64,000 nt of DNA from positions 38,884,304 through 38,948,303 of the forward strand of contig NC_092671.1 in NCBI RefSeq assembly GCF_964355755.1. The letters are read 5' to 3'. This document shows positions 52,501-64,000 of the stretch, in pieces. The DNA comes from Antedon mediterranea. Lineage: Eukaryota; Animalia; Echinodermata. Under the pieces are notes generated by a model. It was given only the letters and a program-made list of their open reading frames with translations. It did not search any database and had not been told where the DNA came from. Position 1 is the first letter of the stretch, and each line of letters opens with the position of its first letter. Made by a program: the position numbers and the translations under genes.

Positions 52501-55500
52501 TTTAGGCCTTGGGGTGAATTTTCTATTTTTAGAACTGCCGAGACTGCCGACCTTGGCGAATTTAAGGTCGGCAATTTTTTGCCGACCTTCTTTTTTCTGA
52601 ATTTCGTGGGCTGCATAACACGGTTCATAAACAATATGCAATTTAATGTTACGTTTATTTATTCGACTAGCATAACATCAATACAATATGAATATATATA
52701 ATATGTATTTTTAAAGAGATAAAAAAATGCTTGGCAGGGTCAGCTTAAGCAAAAAAAATCGCTGTTACTCTACAGTCGCCTACCCCTCATGGTTATTATT
52801 GTAGAACCCCCTAATTAATCACTTTCCTCAAATAGAGGTTGTACTGTTTGTAGCCAGGTGTATTATATGCAGATAAGTGCATGGCGTGTTAATTTCCAAT
52901 TATTAATATTTGGTCACCCTACTTTATTGATTCGTTATAAAAATAATTGCATTGTGTATATTGTAATCTTCTCTCTTTTTTTTTTACAGATATAACTAGG
53001 GAATTTATAAAAATTATAGAAAATAGTCCAAATAGGTTAAAACGGAAGCTGACATTAAAGGTAATTTATTTATTTATCTCTGTCAAAAAGTTGGGCTCAT
53101 CTAAGTTTCAACACCATAGTGTCTATGGCATTCAGCACTTAGTGGATATGTGCGCTGTATATATTTTTATTATCTCTCTTTAATCTCGAATCAATTCTGA
53201 TGCTTCCAACACCATATCTTTCCACTTAACTGTAAACTATTTTGTATTGAATGTACTCGCTATTAATGTTTACATTTTTAAAATTGGTTTTATTGTTTAA
53301 CAGGCGCAAGCTGAAACAGATTCAAAATCAAAAGTAAATGAAAATGCATCAACCAGTAGCAGTAGTACTTCAATATTTGATGTCGATCCTGGAAGCTCTT
53401 TACAAACAGATGCTTTGATGCTGGGTATGAGTGATCACACAGATGGAAAGAACATGCCTCCTGTGGCTCCTTCAAAGTCGACCCTAAATCTGAACGAATA
53501 CAAGATGATGAAAGAAAAAGAAGTGAAACGTGAAAAGGAAAAAGAAAGATCAAGAATAAGAGAAGCTCAAAAACTTGAAGAGCAAAAGCATTTAAATCAC
53601 AAACGATTAATGGAACAGGAAAAACATAAAGAAAGTAATAGTCAAATGCAAAATGCAGCTAAACATGGTGAAAGTAGGTCGCATGAGATGCAGGGTCACA
53701 GTAGCAGTAACAAGGCAATTACTGATCAAGTGAAACATGGAGATCATAAATGGTCTAGTTTGCATACTGACAACCCTGAAAAAGTAATTGATAGGTCCCA
53801 AGGACATGGGGATGCACGTCGAACGCATGACCGACCTCGTTCCCATCATGTGCAAAATCCGCATGCCCCACCTCATAGCGACAAAACGCATAGTGTTAAA
53901 CCAAGCAGTAAAGATGTCAGACCACCAGATCATAAAAAAGATATTCGTAATCGTCACCATCACCAAGAGAAGAGACCAAATGAGAATCACAGACATCAAA
54001 GGCCAGTAGAAGAGCCCCGGTCGCATTCTGACCAGCGGCACAGAACTGACCATAGACATCCTGATGGAAAAGTGGCCATACCTAAACATAAACATTTACA
54101 TGAAAAACCAGTAGACCAAAAATTGCCAGATTTTGAGCAGAGAGAAACATTGTCTATACAAGATAAAACAAAACAAGATTATATACTTATGAAACCAGAA
54201 AGCCTAGTTGAAATGGACATACTTGGAGCGCTAAAAGAGGAGTGTTCTAGTCCATATATACAAAGCTCACAAAAACCAAGTCCTGTACCAACAGCGCAAT
54301 TGGATTATAAGGCTGCCATAGCAAAAGATTCACGAGAGTGGTTTAAGCAGGAAAGAGTTCCTAACCACCAGTCGCTAATTCAAGAGTCGATGCAAGGAAT
54401 AAGTAAAAAAGAATCGGCAACTCAACCAATAGTTTCCAAAGACCGTAGGAAAAAGTCTGCAGAGCACTTAACGGAAGCAAAAACATCCAAGGGGAAACCT
54501 GAAGTTAAGGTTCATCCGGAACAAGTCCATGTGAAGTCTGAACACACTCATGTTAAGTCTGAGCATGTTCCTGTCAAGTCTGAGCATGTTCCTGTCAAGT
54601 CTGAGCATGTTCCTGTCAAGTCTGAGCATGTAATATCAAAACCTGATTCGCCTAGAATAAAAAAAGAATCGGTAAAGATGAATATGGATCCTTTACAAGC
54701 TGAAAAGGCAGTCAAAGTGAGGAGAGATTTTCAACAAGAATCTATGTTATTGAAGCCTGAACACTCTGTTCCAACCATGAAGTCTAGTCCAGTCAAAGTT
54801 AAAAAAGAAGTCAACCATGAGTCTATGAAATTGAAGTCTGAGCATCATGCCAGCCCTGTCAAAAATCGAAAAGGAGTTCTTCAAAGTCCAAACAAAGCAA
54901 AGAAACGTGTTTCTTCCAGGCCAATTAAAATGGCCGAAACCAGTACATTGGATCTCTCCAGTATCGGCATCAGCAGTATATTAACTCGCACGGAGTCGTC
55001 CATTGGAAAAGAACTAAACAGGGAACAGTCCAAAACTACTCCAAATCCAACAACCACAAAAACAAAAGAGGTCAAGAAAGAAACTGCTGTTAAATTAGAT
55101 TTTAATTACTCAAAACCAGTCCTTCAAAAAGGAAAAAGCGAACCAGTTGCACCTCCGAAGAAGCGCATCAAGAACATGATGCAAACTCAATCTCAGCCAT
55201 CTAATTTCGACGCTGAACACTTAAGTGTGCCTCACCATTCATCTCAACATGCGACGCAGCGTACCACTCAAAAAGTACTACCTGAACAAATGCTAGCAAC
55301 AACGGATATGTCAAAATTAGATTCAACAACTACAACGCATTCAATTCAGCAACAGAAGACTCAAGCTTTTGTCCAACATGTGCAGCAACCATCTCGGCAA
55401 CATAAAACCGAATCGGCTTTACCGCAAAAGGTGACGCAACATCAAGCAGTTCATCAACAAGTACCTCAACCAATGTCTACCAGTAATCCAGTGGAACCTT

Positions 55501-56753
55501 GGTCAGACATCATACACCCTGCAGAGATCCTAGATGGGTCAGACTTCATGAATATGAAGCAGGACATGTCACAACTGGATGACTTCTCTACTGGTTTGCT
55601 TCCTGGAAGTTTATTTGATTTTCCAAGTAGTGAAGTTACAAATCCTGTTGGTATGAATGATTCTTCTAATATACTAGAACAGCAACTGGTTGCTTTGACG
55701 CCAACAGTAGACACTTCATATTTAACAAAGGACAAAGCTGTTAAAAAATCTGAAACAAGAGTGAAAAGAAAAGAAACAAGTCCAGTAAAGCAAAGTAATA
55801 AACAACATGCAAGCCCAGTAAAACAAAGTAAACAAAAATCGATTCCTAAAGATGTCCATCCTGCCGAAATATTGGATGATATTCCTGTTAAGAAATCAAA
55901 ACCTGTTAAAAAAGAATTAGCGTCACCAACGAACCAGCTAGATTTTGATCTTCATCCAGCTGAATTGTTAGCGTCTGTTGCTCTGCAGGCTTCGTCACAA
56001 CCGAAAGAACCTTCAGAAGATGGAGAATTAGTTGGTGACGACTCTCTTATACATCACACAGAAATTGAGAATCCTGCTCTTTTACGTGTTAGAAATGAAG
56101 AACTGGTTACGCTGAAGACCTCGGAACCAAAAGAACGAGATCATGAACGCAGATCTTCAGAACATAGGCGGCATTCAAAACACAAGCATTCTAGTGAAAA
56201 GAAAAAGAAAGATAAAGATAGGGATCGACACCGAAGTAAAGATAGGTCGTCAAGTCGCAGCAAGGAAGTCCACCACTCGGAAAGTAAAGAACATTCTAAT
56301 GGCACCGAGGCTGGACCGTCTGTACACGATGAACAGCCAACCAGCGTACTAACAACATCTGGAGGAATTAAACTAAAGATTAAATTTGGCAACTCTTTTG
56401 ACAAACAGGCTTCACCATCTGCAGGTAGCTCACCTCTTAGCATGAAAATTGACCTCAAAAAGATCCATTCATCAAAACATGATCGTGATGGTAAACATGA
56501 GAAGGAACGGAAAAAGGATAAGAGTTCGCGACATCATAAACACAAGTCCCATAAGAGATCTCACAGTCCTCTGGAGAGCTCCGCCGTGGATCCTCCAGCA
56601 TCACCGGCAAAGCGACGAGCTACAAACAGCAGTCATCATAATTCACTGCTCAGTTTACCGATGCCTCCAGCAGATCCAAAAAAGAAAAGTAAGCATTCCT
56701 TAAGTAACAGCAATGGCGACTCGCCTGCAAGTAATGTGTACAATTTTAATTGA
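46507..56753 (+). CDS. CCNT1: Cyclin T (P-TEFb regulatory subunit), about 1409 aa; exons 46507-46667, 47898-47979, 48241-48372, 48739-48799, 49721-49783, 50415-50460, 51526-51616, 51840-51912, 52990-53060, 53304-56753
   Basis: [34 protein letters not shown]; [11 protein letters not shown]; [13 protein letters not shown]; [12 protein letters not shown]; [22 protein letters not shown]; long His/Lys/Ser-rich tail; exon lengths sum to 4230 nt in phase. Probably co-orthologous to CCNT1 and CCNT2. Confidence 0.96.
46668..47897 (+). other. U12-type GT-AG intron 1 of cyclin T
   Basis: Donor GTATCTTTTT; branch site TTCCTTAAT at 47877-47885, 12 nt before the intron end, with no polypyrimidine tract. 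Confidence 0.88.
48896..49736 (+). repeat. Tandem repeat of about 93 bp, 8-9 copies, made of the cyclin T exon-5 acceptor plus the first exon bases
   Basis: Units contain CTGACCAATCAGAAG, TACTAAC and TTGTTAG|GTT(TT)GAAATTGCTGT; AG ends at 48975, 49070, 49164, 49258, 49351, 49444, 49536, 49628, with the true one at 49720. Confidence 0.95.
51963..52613. mobile_element. Non-autonomous DNA transposon with CAG..CTG ends and a 6-bp TSD
   Basis: TIR CAGCCCACGAATTTCA / TGAATTTCGTGGGCTG; CATAAC on both sides; subterminal TTGCCGACC repeats. Confidence 0.8.
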
Positions 56754-57414
56754 TGTTACAGAATAGAAGTTGCGGCAGTGGCTGCATTTGGGTATACAAC
56801 CATTCCAGAAGACTCTATTGCAATTATAAAAGTGTATTGATACAGTTGACAGTTTATCTATAGAAAACTTTTACCGACAAAATTATCATGGCTTGATATA
56901 AAGAAAGTTACGTACAGATTAATGTACAAAAGAAAATGGAAAAAAAAGAGAATTTTTAATTTTACTTTCTCTTTACAAATTGTAAAAAAAAAAGAATGTT
57001 TTCCTGGTGTATTCAATTTAATTATGGAAAAAAATAAATTTGTATAGTTCTTTTAAAATTACCAATTTAATATGATTTTGGTGACGTGTTTATAACGTAA
57101 AGTAATTTTAATTAAACATTTACCTATGTTTTTGGCTATATATGCTGTATTTCAAAATTGGTAGAAGAATATAAAAAAAATTAATAAAACAAAAAATTTA
57201 TGAAAAATACAGTAATTGATTTATTAGTTTATCATTGTGCATAATTAGAGATAATACCAGCTGTGGTAGCATTCTTGCATTTTGTATTTGCCAAGATAAT
57301 TTGTAAGTTGGTTAATATAAGTGAATTAAACCGATTTATTAAGCTAGTACTGTAAACCAGCTTAATAAATGGTATAGAGAAATAGTCTTTACATATTTCT
57401 CTATGGTTTATTTA

Positions 57415-57665
57415 AGTTAAGGCTAAGTTAGTAGGCTAACTAAGCTAAGGCTAAGTTAGTAGGTTAACTAAGCTAAGGCTAACTTAGTAGGTTAACTAAG
57501 CTAAGGCTAACTTAGTAAGCTAAGGCAAAGTTAGTATGTTAACTAAGCTAAGGCTAACTTAGTAGGTTAACTAAGCCAAGACTAACTAGGTTAACTAAGC
57601 TAAGGCTAACTTACTAGGTTAACTAAGCTAAGGCTAACTTACTAGGTTAAGTTAAAACTAACCTA
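57415..57665. repeat. Minisatellite of about 28 bp (AAGGCTAACTTAGTAGGTTAACTAAGCT), about 9 copies
   Basis: Directly visible. Confidence 0.9.
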
Positions 57666-59684
57666 GTAAGCTCGGTTTAAATTTACTTGTAAGAAAAAAC
57701 GTTCTGTACAGTATCAAACATTAACTGTTGTGCATGAGTCGTTTATAGTGTAGTAGAAAACAGATTGATATAAACACAAGAACCTCGGCTTGATTGCAAC
57801 ATGATTTCAAACAAATTACTTTCTACTTTGTATAAATACATAGATATATAATATTATATTGCCATTCATTTTGAAGTCTTGGACATACATGAGTATTCGT
57901 TCAAGCTTTTATTCTTTAGTAATAGTTAATATACACTACAATCAATGCCTTAAGAAAAAATGGAAAATTTTTAGATAAATTTACTGTTAAATATTGTTTA
58001 TTTTCATATTTAGTTTTATTAATAACTGCCAGATCAGATATGAAGGTTTTGAGTACAGTGAAATTAAAACTGTACAATGGGTTTAAAATTTTAAAGTTTG
58101 AGTAACATTTCAGGAATATATACTACTTTTGTCGTCGACCTAAACGAATAGATTAATAATTTTTTTTGCAATTTATTGTATTCAGTTTCTTCATAATTTA
58201 AATATAGTTTTGTATTTTTCAGTGAAAGCTTTGATATGAAAGAAATTAATGTTCCAAACACGTTTTTATCAAAGTAAATTATAATCATTATTTTGTTGAA
58301 AATGATTCTTATTCAATGGTGAACTACTACTGTATTAAGATATTGCTAAGAAATTAGAAAACTTTTCTTTTTTTATGGATTATTTAAAGACTGAGAAGTT
58401 GCTGCTCAGAATGTGTAGCGTGTAACAATAAAACTTGATATATTGACAATTTGTACATTTGCTTTTACGACATGGTTCATTTCTGTATTTATATTCAGTA
58501 CTCCCTTCAGTCTGAAGTTCTGTCTACACTATCAAACTTTATGCGATAAAAACAATGTGATGTTCCCATATATGGACATGATGAGGTCATATCACTACCA
58601 TATATGGGCATATCACTACCATATTTGGGTATATCACTGCCATATTTAGGCATGTCATATTTAGACAGAGGTTAAGACAATTTCAAGACCTGGAATCAAT
58701 GATGTGCTTTATTTACAGTTGTTGACGTGGTTCTTCCACAACGGAGTGGAGTTGTGGCTTGGTGGTTATGATGCTTGGCTACCACTCCAATGGTCCAGGG
58801 TTGAAGTCCCGTCACATGTCTGGATTTTTTCTAAGGACCAAATTACTACTCAACTCCCAAAGACTTGTAATAAGACTTTGTTTATGTAGAGCATCTTGTG
58901 TATGTTTGTCTTGTGAACATCTGAGGGTCCCTAATGATCAGCAATAGCTGTATGGATCACCCTCATTGAATATGGTTTTTAAAAAAAACCTTTGGAACTG
59001 CATTTTAATTTTTCTTTTTTCACCCAGAAACGACCACATTAAACAGAATGGCTCTGCATTTCATTGGCTTATTAGACATGAACACTCTGTGAACAATTCA
59101 TCCTTTACTGCTGATAAGATCTAAATATATATACAGTCAACTCACCAAATACCGGACACCTTTGGGCTGGCATAATGTAACTGTTACTGTACAACTCTCC
59201 CAATATCGAACATCTTAGTGCTGGCCTAATATGCCTGGTTTTCCAAAAATGTCAGGTACTGTATTCAGGATGTGTGTTTAATGGTAAAAATGAATTTAGA
59301 ACCGTTGACAACCAGACGCTCTCCCAAAACCAGACTTTTCTTGAGGTCCAGATTCCAGTATTGGGAGAGTTGGGAAATGAGAATTTAAATTGGAATAAGT
59401 GGTGTAAGAGAGCAAAGTACTGCAGGAGGATGACTAAATACAGGCTCCTTATTTGGGCATTAAAAATACTGGCTTGTCATATCTTGTCTCTTGATGAGAA
59501 AAACATTATTTCTTCAAATATGTTAAAATGAATGAAGATTACAAATACTAAATATTTTATCTTTCTACTTTATTCATTAATTTCATTCAAAATATTAGTT
59601 ATACAAACCGAGTTTCCATAATATATACATATCTGTATTACATTTGCAATGTTCTCCATGTTTATACAAAATAAATACTATTTT

Positions 59685-59775
59685 CAATAAACAAATAGGA
59701 CTTATAATGTGTCTGGATGTCAATAAACAAATAGGACTTATAATGTGTCTGGATGTCAATAAACAAATAGGACTC
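59685..59775. repeat. 36-bp tandem repeat, about 2.5 copies
   Basis: TCAATAAACAAATAGGACTTATAATGTGTCTGGATG. Confidence 0.85.
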
Positions 59776-61200
59776 CATATTGTGTCTGTATTCAACTGGA
59801 AAGGTACATATCACCACCAACATATACATGGATCTACAACCCACACAATCAGATTTCTATCGCAAAATTGTATACGGTACCTGAATTATAAGAGGACTTC
59901 TTACAATATGCTTTTGCATAGAATAAAACAATAAATTTTACATATATTCCATATATTATTCTAATATTTCGTACATCTGTTTTGGACGGAATAATAAAAT
60001 ACTAAAAAAAAATTTTTTACAGTTAAAATAAAACTGTTTTATATCAAAACAGCGTGGGTCATTTGTGTGTTTTGTATTGCAATAAGCTGCCAAGTTGAAA
60101 TATACAAAATAAATAATATATCTATTACAACATTTAAACATTTCAAGGTGATAAATATATCTCAAACATTATATAACAATCTCCATTTATTGTTAGTCAT
60201 AATTGATAGAGTTGAAGCTAAAGGCAAGTTGTTATCCCTTATACCCCAACGCTATTATTACTAACAACTACACATTTCATTTCAGTATATGAGGCATATT
60301 CTACTCAGTTTTTAAATCAGTGGGTGGCTAGGCCCTACTTTGATACTGAAACTCTTAAAGACAGAAATAAAACAAATATTTGTTTGACAGAAATACCAAA
60401 TGTAATGATTAAACTAATGTCCTATCATGTCTATTGAATTTCTAAAGATTCAACCAATCAGAGCACATGCATTTTTCAAAACTGTGTTGCAAGATCATGG
60501 AGTATGACAGTTCATACAATGATAATTTTTAAGTCATTACTGGTATAAAATACTTGTTTTTGGAATGTGAAATGACCAAACCACAAAAACAAAGAACCAA
60601 AGGCCACAACCAGGCAGTCAATTTCTGGCAAACAGGGAGCAGGAGGTATGTTTATAAAGCTAGGCCTATCTCAAATTGATCTGTATCAGGGGGCCTAGCT
60701 AGAATAATGAATGGGACTTGGGATGCCATAGACCTACCAGATGAATGTAAGCAATAAAATGTATTTAATTCACAACATTTCAAGAGGGTGTACCAATAAT
60801 CAACATGAGCTGATTTATGATAGATTATATAACATTTATTATTAATATTATTACTAATATTTTATTGTTCACTGCTAGCCATATTCGTTAACACAAACTA
60901 TGCACCTCACTTTTTCTTAAGATCTGTCTACACTATCACACTAGTTTGACAAAAAAAGTGTGATGTGAATATGGTAGTGATATGACATCATCATGCCCAT
61001 CACATTTTTTGGTAACATAAAGTTTGATAGTGTGGACAGAGCTTTAATATGTTTCCTTGTTTAGTTCTAAGCTAGAAGGCACTGTATGCGGAAACAATCT
61101 AATGATTCCTTCATTTTAAGTTCTAGAAGGTGAATCATTTAATTTGTGTCCACATGGCTTGGGGTTATGGCACATGTGAGTTTCAGTTTAAAATTCACAT

Positions 61201-63972
61201 TCACATCAATGCTTGCAGGAATTCCTTACACTGAGTTAGCTCATCCTGTTCTGCCCGTGAAAACTGTTCATTTAGCCGATGAATTTCTACGGTTCCTTTT
61301 TCATTTGATACAGCCTGAGAAGAACATTCAAAATGTTAAGCTCTGTCTACACTATCAAACTTTATGTTACAAAAAAATGTGTTGTGCCCATATATGGACA
61401 CGATGATGTCAGATCACTACCATATTTAAGCATATCCCCACCATATTTGGGCACATCACACTTTTTTTGTCAAGTTTGATAGTATAGACAGAGTTTTAAA
61501 GTATTCTTGTATTATAAACATTAACGTACATTTATTTACTTTTAAATTCGTAAGAATGTAACTTACCAGCTCAGGTTCTCTCTCAGACCTTGCCCTCCTG
61601 GTGGCGCTGTGATCATTTGACAATGATAAACATTTTAACCTATAATCACAACAACAACAAATAATGGTGATTCCAACTTAAATAATTCATTCTAAGTGGG
61701 ACAAGCTTCGCGGTTTTCGTTTGTCTGTGTAAATTGGCCTTTATTACTTAAATAATATTATCACCTTTTATTATTAAACTGTTCAGTTCGTATAGGGTTG
61801 CTGTCACTCTTTAATAAATCCCATATAAACATTTTTGCTGTGACGTCAACAGAGAAGAAAACAGCTGGTCGACTACGAGACCATGCTAAAGACACCAGGT
61901 CCATCCCATTGGTTGAATTTGACCATGTGACTACAGGGAACTCTGTAAAATAAACAAAACAATGATTTATGCCTACTTTCATAGGACAACTATTGTTACT
62001 GTGGATTAAGGGATGAGATTATATGATCTATACTGTAATTCTGAAATACTAAGTGAAAAGCATATTTTTATGATTCAATCATGAAAAATATACATAAATA
62101 AAAGCTATTCAGCAAGCTCTGTCTACACTATCAAACTAGTTTGACAAAAAGAGTGTGATATGCCCAAATATGGTAGTGATATTCCCAACTACAGGTAGTA
62201 CTATGACATCTTCACATTTTGTCACGTCAAATTTGATAGTGTAGACAGAGCTTTAGACAATGCATTGTACACTTACCAGATTTAGTGTGATGTAGACGAA
62301 TGCATCCATCTCTACACCCAACCTTAAAACAACATTAACATTTACTATTACTAGTAAAAAAGAAAAGGGACAACACAACAAAATATCCAATTCTCATATA
62401 ATATCTTTCATTGAATATTTAAAATTATAACTTACCAGGAAAAAGGGTAAACCAAACGGATGAAAATCCACTGCCAGGATATCTACTGGAAAATCTGAAA
62501 TAAGAAGATCCATTTTTCAGTGAATAAAATCAAAGATGACAAAATGTTTCTTAAAGTTTCTCTAGTTTCAGTTGGGTTTTATCTGCTTTAGACAAATAGA
62601 ATTAGCATCATTAAAAATGTTTGTTTTATTGTATGAGAATAACCATGAGAATCGTATTGTCACATCATTTAAAGTAAATTATATGTATAAATTACCTATT
62701 TGTGTATGGTATAACCTGGGCATATCAGCTGTGCCATTGCGTGTACAGTGCATAATGTATCCCTGTAAAAATGAAGAGAGAAAACACATTAAGTTTAACG
62801 ATATTATGCGATTCCAAAATATGACTTATACAATACGGTATTCTATTTATTTAGTCAACTTTGTTTTACAAAAGGGTAGCTCTAACAGCTGTACTACAAC
62901 AGTACGCGTAATTTTTTTTTCCAGGACGAACGTGGGCAGAAATCATGAATAATTCATGAATAATTATGACATAATAGGGAACATTATAGAGGGCGCTATA
63001 TAAGCATGCAGAGAGATTAAATAATTAGTGTAAACAGCGTTTGCCAACCGAAATGTTTAGTCTAGTGGTAAAGGCTTTAACCTATTACACTGGAGCTCTC
63101 GGTTCGAGGTCTTTCATGAACATGTTTTTTTTTTATAGTTGAGAGAGATTATTTAGAGGGTTAGGTTTAGTATATTTAGGGAGTAGATCAGCTATCTCGC
63201 AATTCTTTATAATAGAAAATAATTAAGGTAATGAATTATTCATGATTTCTGCCCACGTTCGTCCTGGAAAAAAAAAACACGCCAACAGTACAGCTGACTT
63301 GAAGAGGCCCTCTAAATCTATTTATCTTATTACAAAAAGCTTTTTGTATTGATACAATTAAAATAAATTTATATATTCGAACATTTATAATAATATGACA
63401 ATATAAATAATACAAAATGATAAGTAACTCACTGCATCGGTGGCAACATAAAAATGATTAGCGTCTGTTTGAGAGAAATGTAAATGACGTACAGAAAGAT
63501 GGCTCACATCTCTAAAGGTTAAAAAAAAGGCAGTTTTTTTAAATTTTTATTTTATTTGATTGACATGCAGTAGCTATTTAATGTCAGATAAAATAAATTA
63601 TCTTACCTGCGTGGGTCTTTGAGACATATAGATGAGCTCTTCATTAATTTGATTTTACCTCCTGGAACTAGGCCTAAGAAACAGAGATATAATATGTTAT
63701 TTTCATTTCTGTGATTTTTATATATTTTTTGTTTCTTTTGTCCGTTTTGTTAGGGCGTCCCTGACACAAGCGTTTGCTTTCTTGGTGACGCCACCATTAT
63801 TTGGAAATAAATGTTATTTTGATTTGATATGTACTGTATTATTTTTATCAGAAAAATGAAACGCATACAAAAATTATAATTCTAGAATTCTAATTCAATA
63901 AGTGAATTTCACAAACCGACCTAGATCAGATTGAGATCCTGCAATGTCCACTTTGTCTACCTCAATCACAAC
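61201..63972 (-). CDS. DYNC2I1: Cytoplasmic dynein-2 intermediate chain 1 (WDR60), 3' part; exons approx. 63972-63921, 63673-63606, 63510-63433, 62763-62695, 62494-62436, 62322-62277, 61942-61765, 61639-61567, 61314-61201; continues beyond the window
   Basis: VVIEVDKVDIAGSQSDLGLVPGGKIKL; DANHFYVATD; VDFHPFGLPFFLVGCRDGCIRLH; LAWSRSRPAVFF..IWDLLKSD match my recollection of the WDR60 C-terminal WD repeats. Confidence 0.88.
62905..63283. mobile_element. MITE with TIRs of about 50 bp, a 7-8 bp TSD and an internal tRNA-like fragment
   Basis: TTTTTCCAGGACGAACGTGGGCAGAAATCATGAATAATTCAT on both ends, inverted; flanked by (C)AACAGTA; internal TAGTCTAGTGG..GGTTCGAGG. Confidence 0.8.
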
Positions 63973-64000
63973 CTACAAAAAATCAAATGTAGAACATGTA

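Noticed and set aside
58443-58649. Recurring short ORFs such as ALSTLSN and YHYHIWA
   Set aside because: All are translations of the Harbinger-type MITE

Overview
AT-rich, intron-rich animal DNA, most likely a marine invertebrate (deuterostome-like; inference). Six spliced protein genes can be assembled by hand. (1) A single-pass EGF-repeat receptor (MEGF10/Draper/SCARF-like) with a tyrosine-motif-rich tail, 1170-5131 (+). (2,3) A head-to-head pair of V-ATPase V0 subunit-a paralogs, 7150-24033 (-) and 25539-38381 (+), sharing a short promoter with two inverted M-box/CLEAR-like sites. (4) KANSL2, 40424-45418 (-). (5) Cyclin T, 46507-56753 (+), divergent from KANSL2. (6) The 3' end of WDR60/DYNC2I1, 61201 to beyond 64000 (-). 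Introns hold about 25 copies of one PIF/Harbinger-type MITE, plus SINEs, a Helentron-like element with two tRNA-Val pseudogenes and Penelope-like hammerhead remnants. The main surprises are: KANSL2 ending in an MSL2-type 9-Cys CXC domain with a duplicated acceptor that could remove it; patchy gene conversion between the inverted V-ATPase paralogs; a mutually exclusive exon pair and a candidate microexon in one V-ATPase gene; repeated tandem copying of exon boundaries; and U12 introns in both KANSL2 and cyclin T. All exon coordinates were read by eye, and no database search was run.
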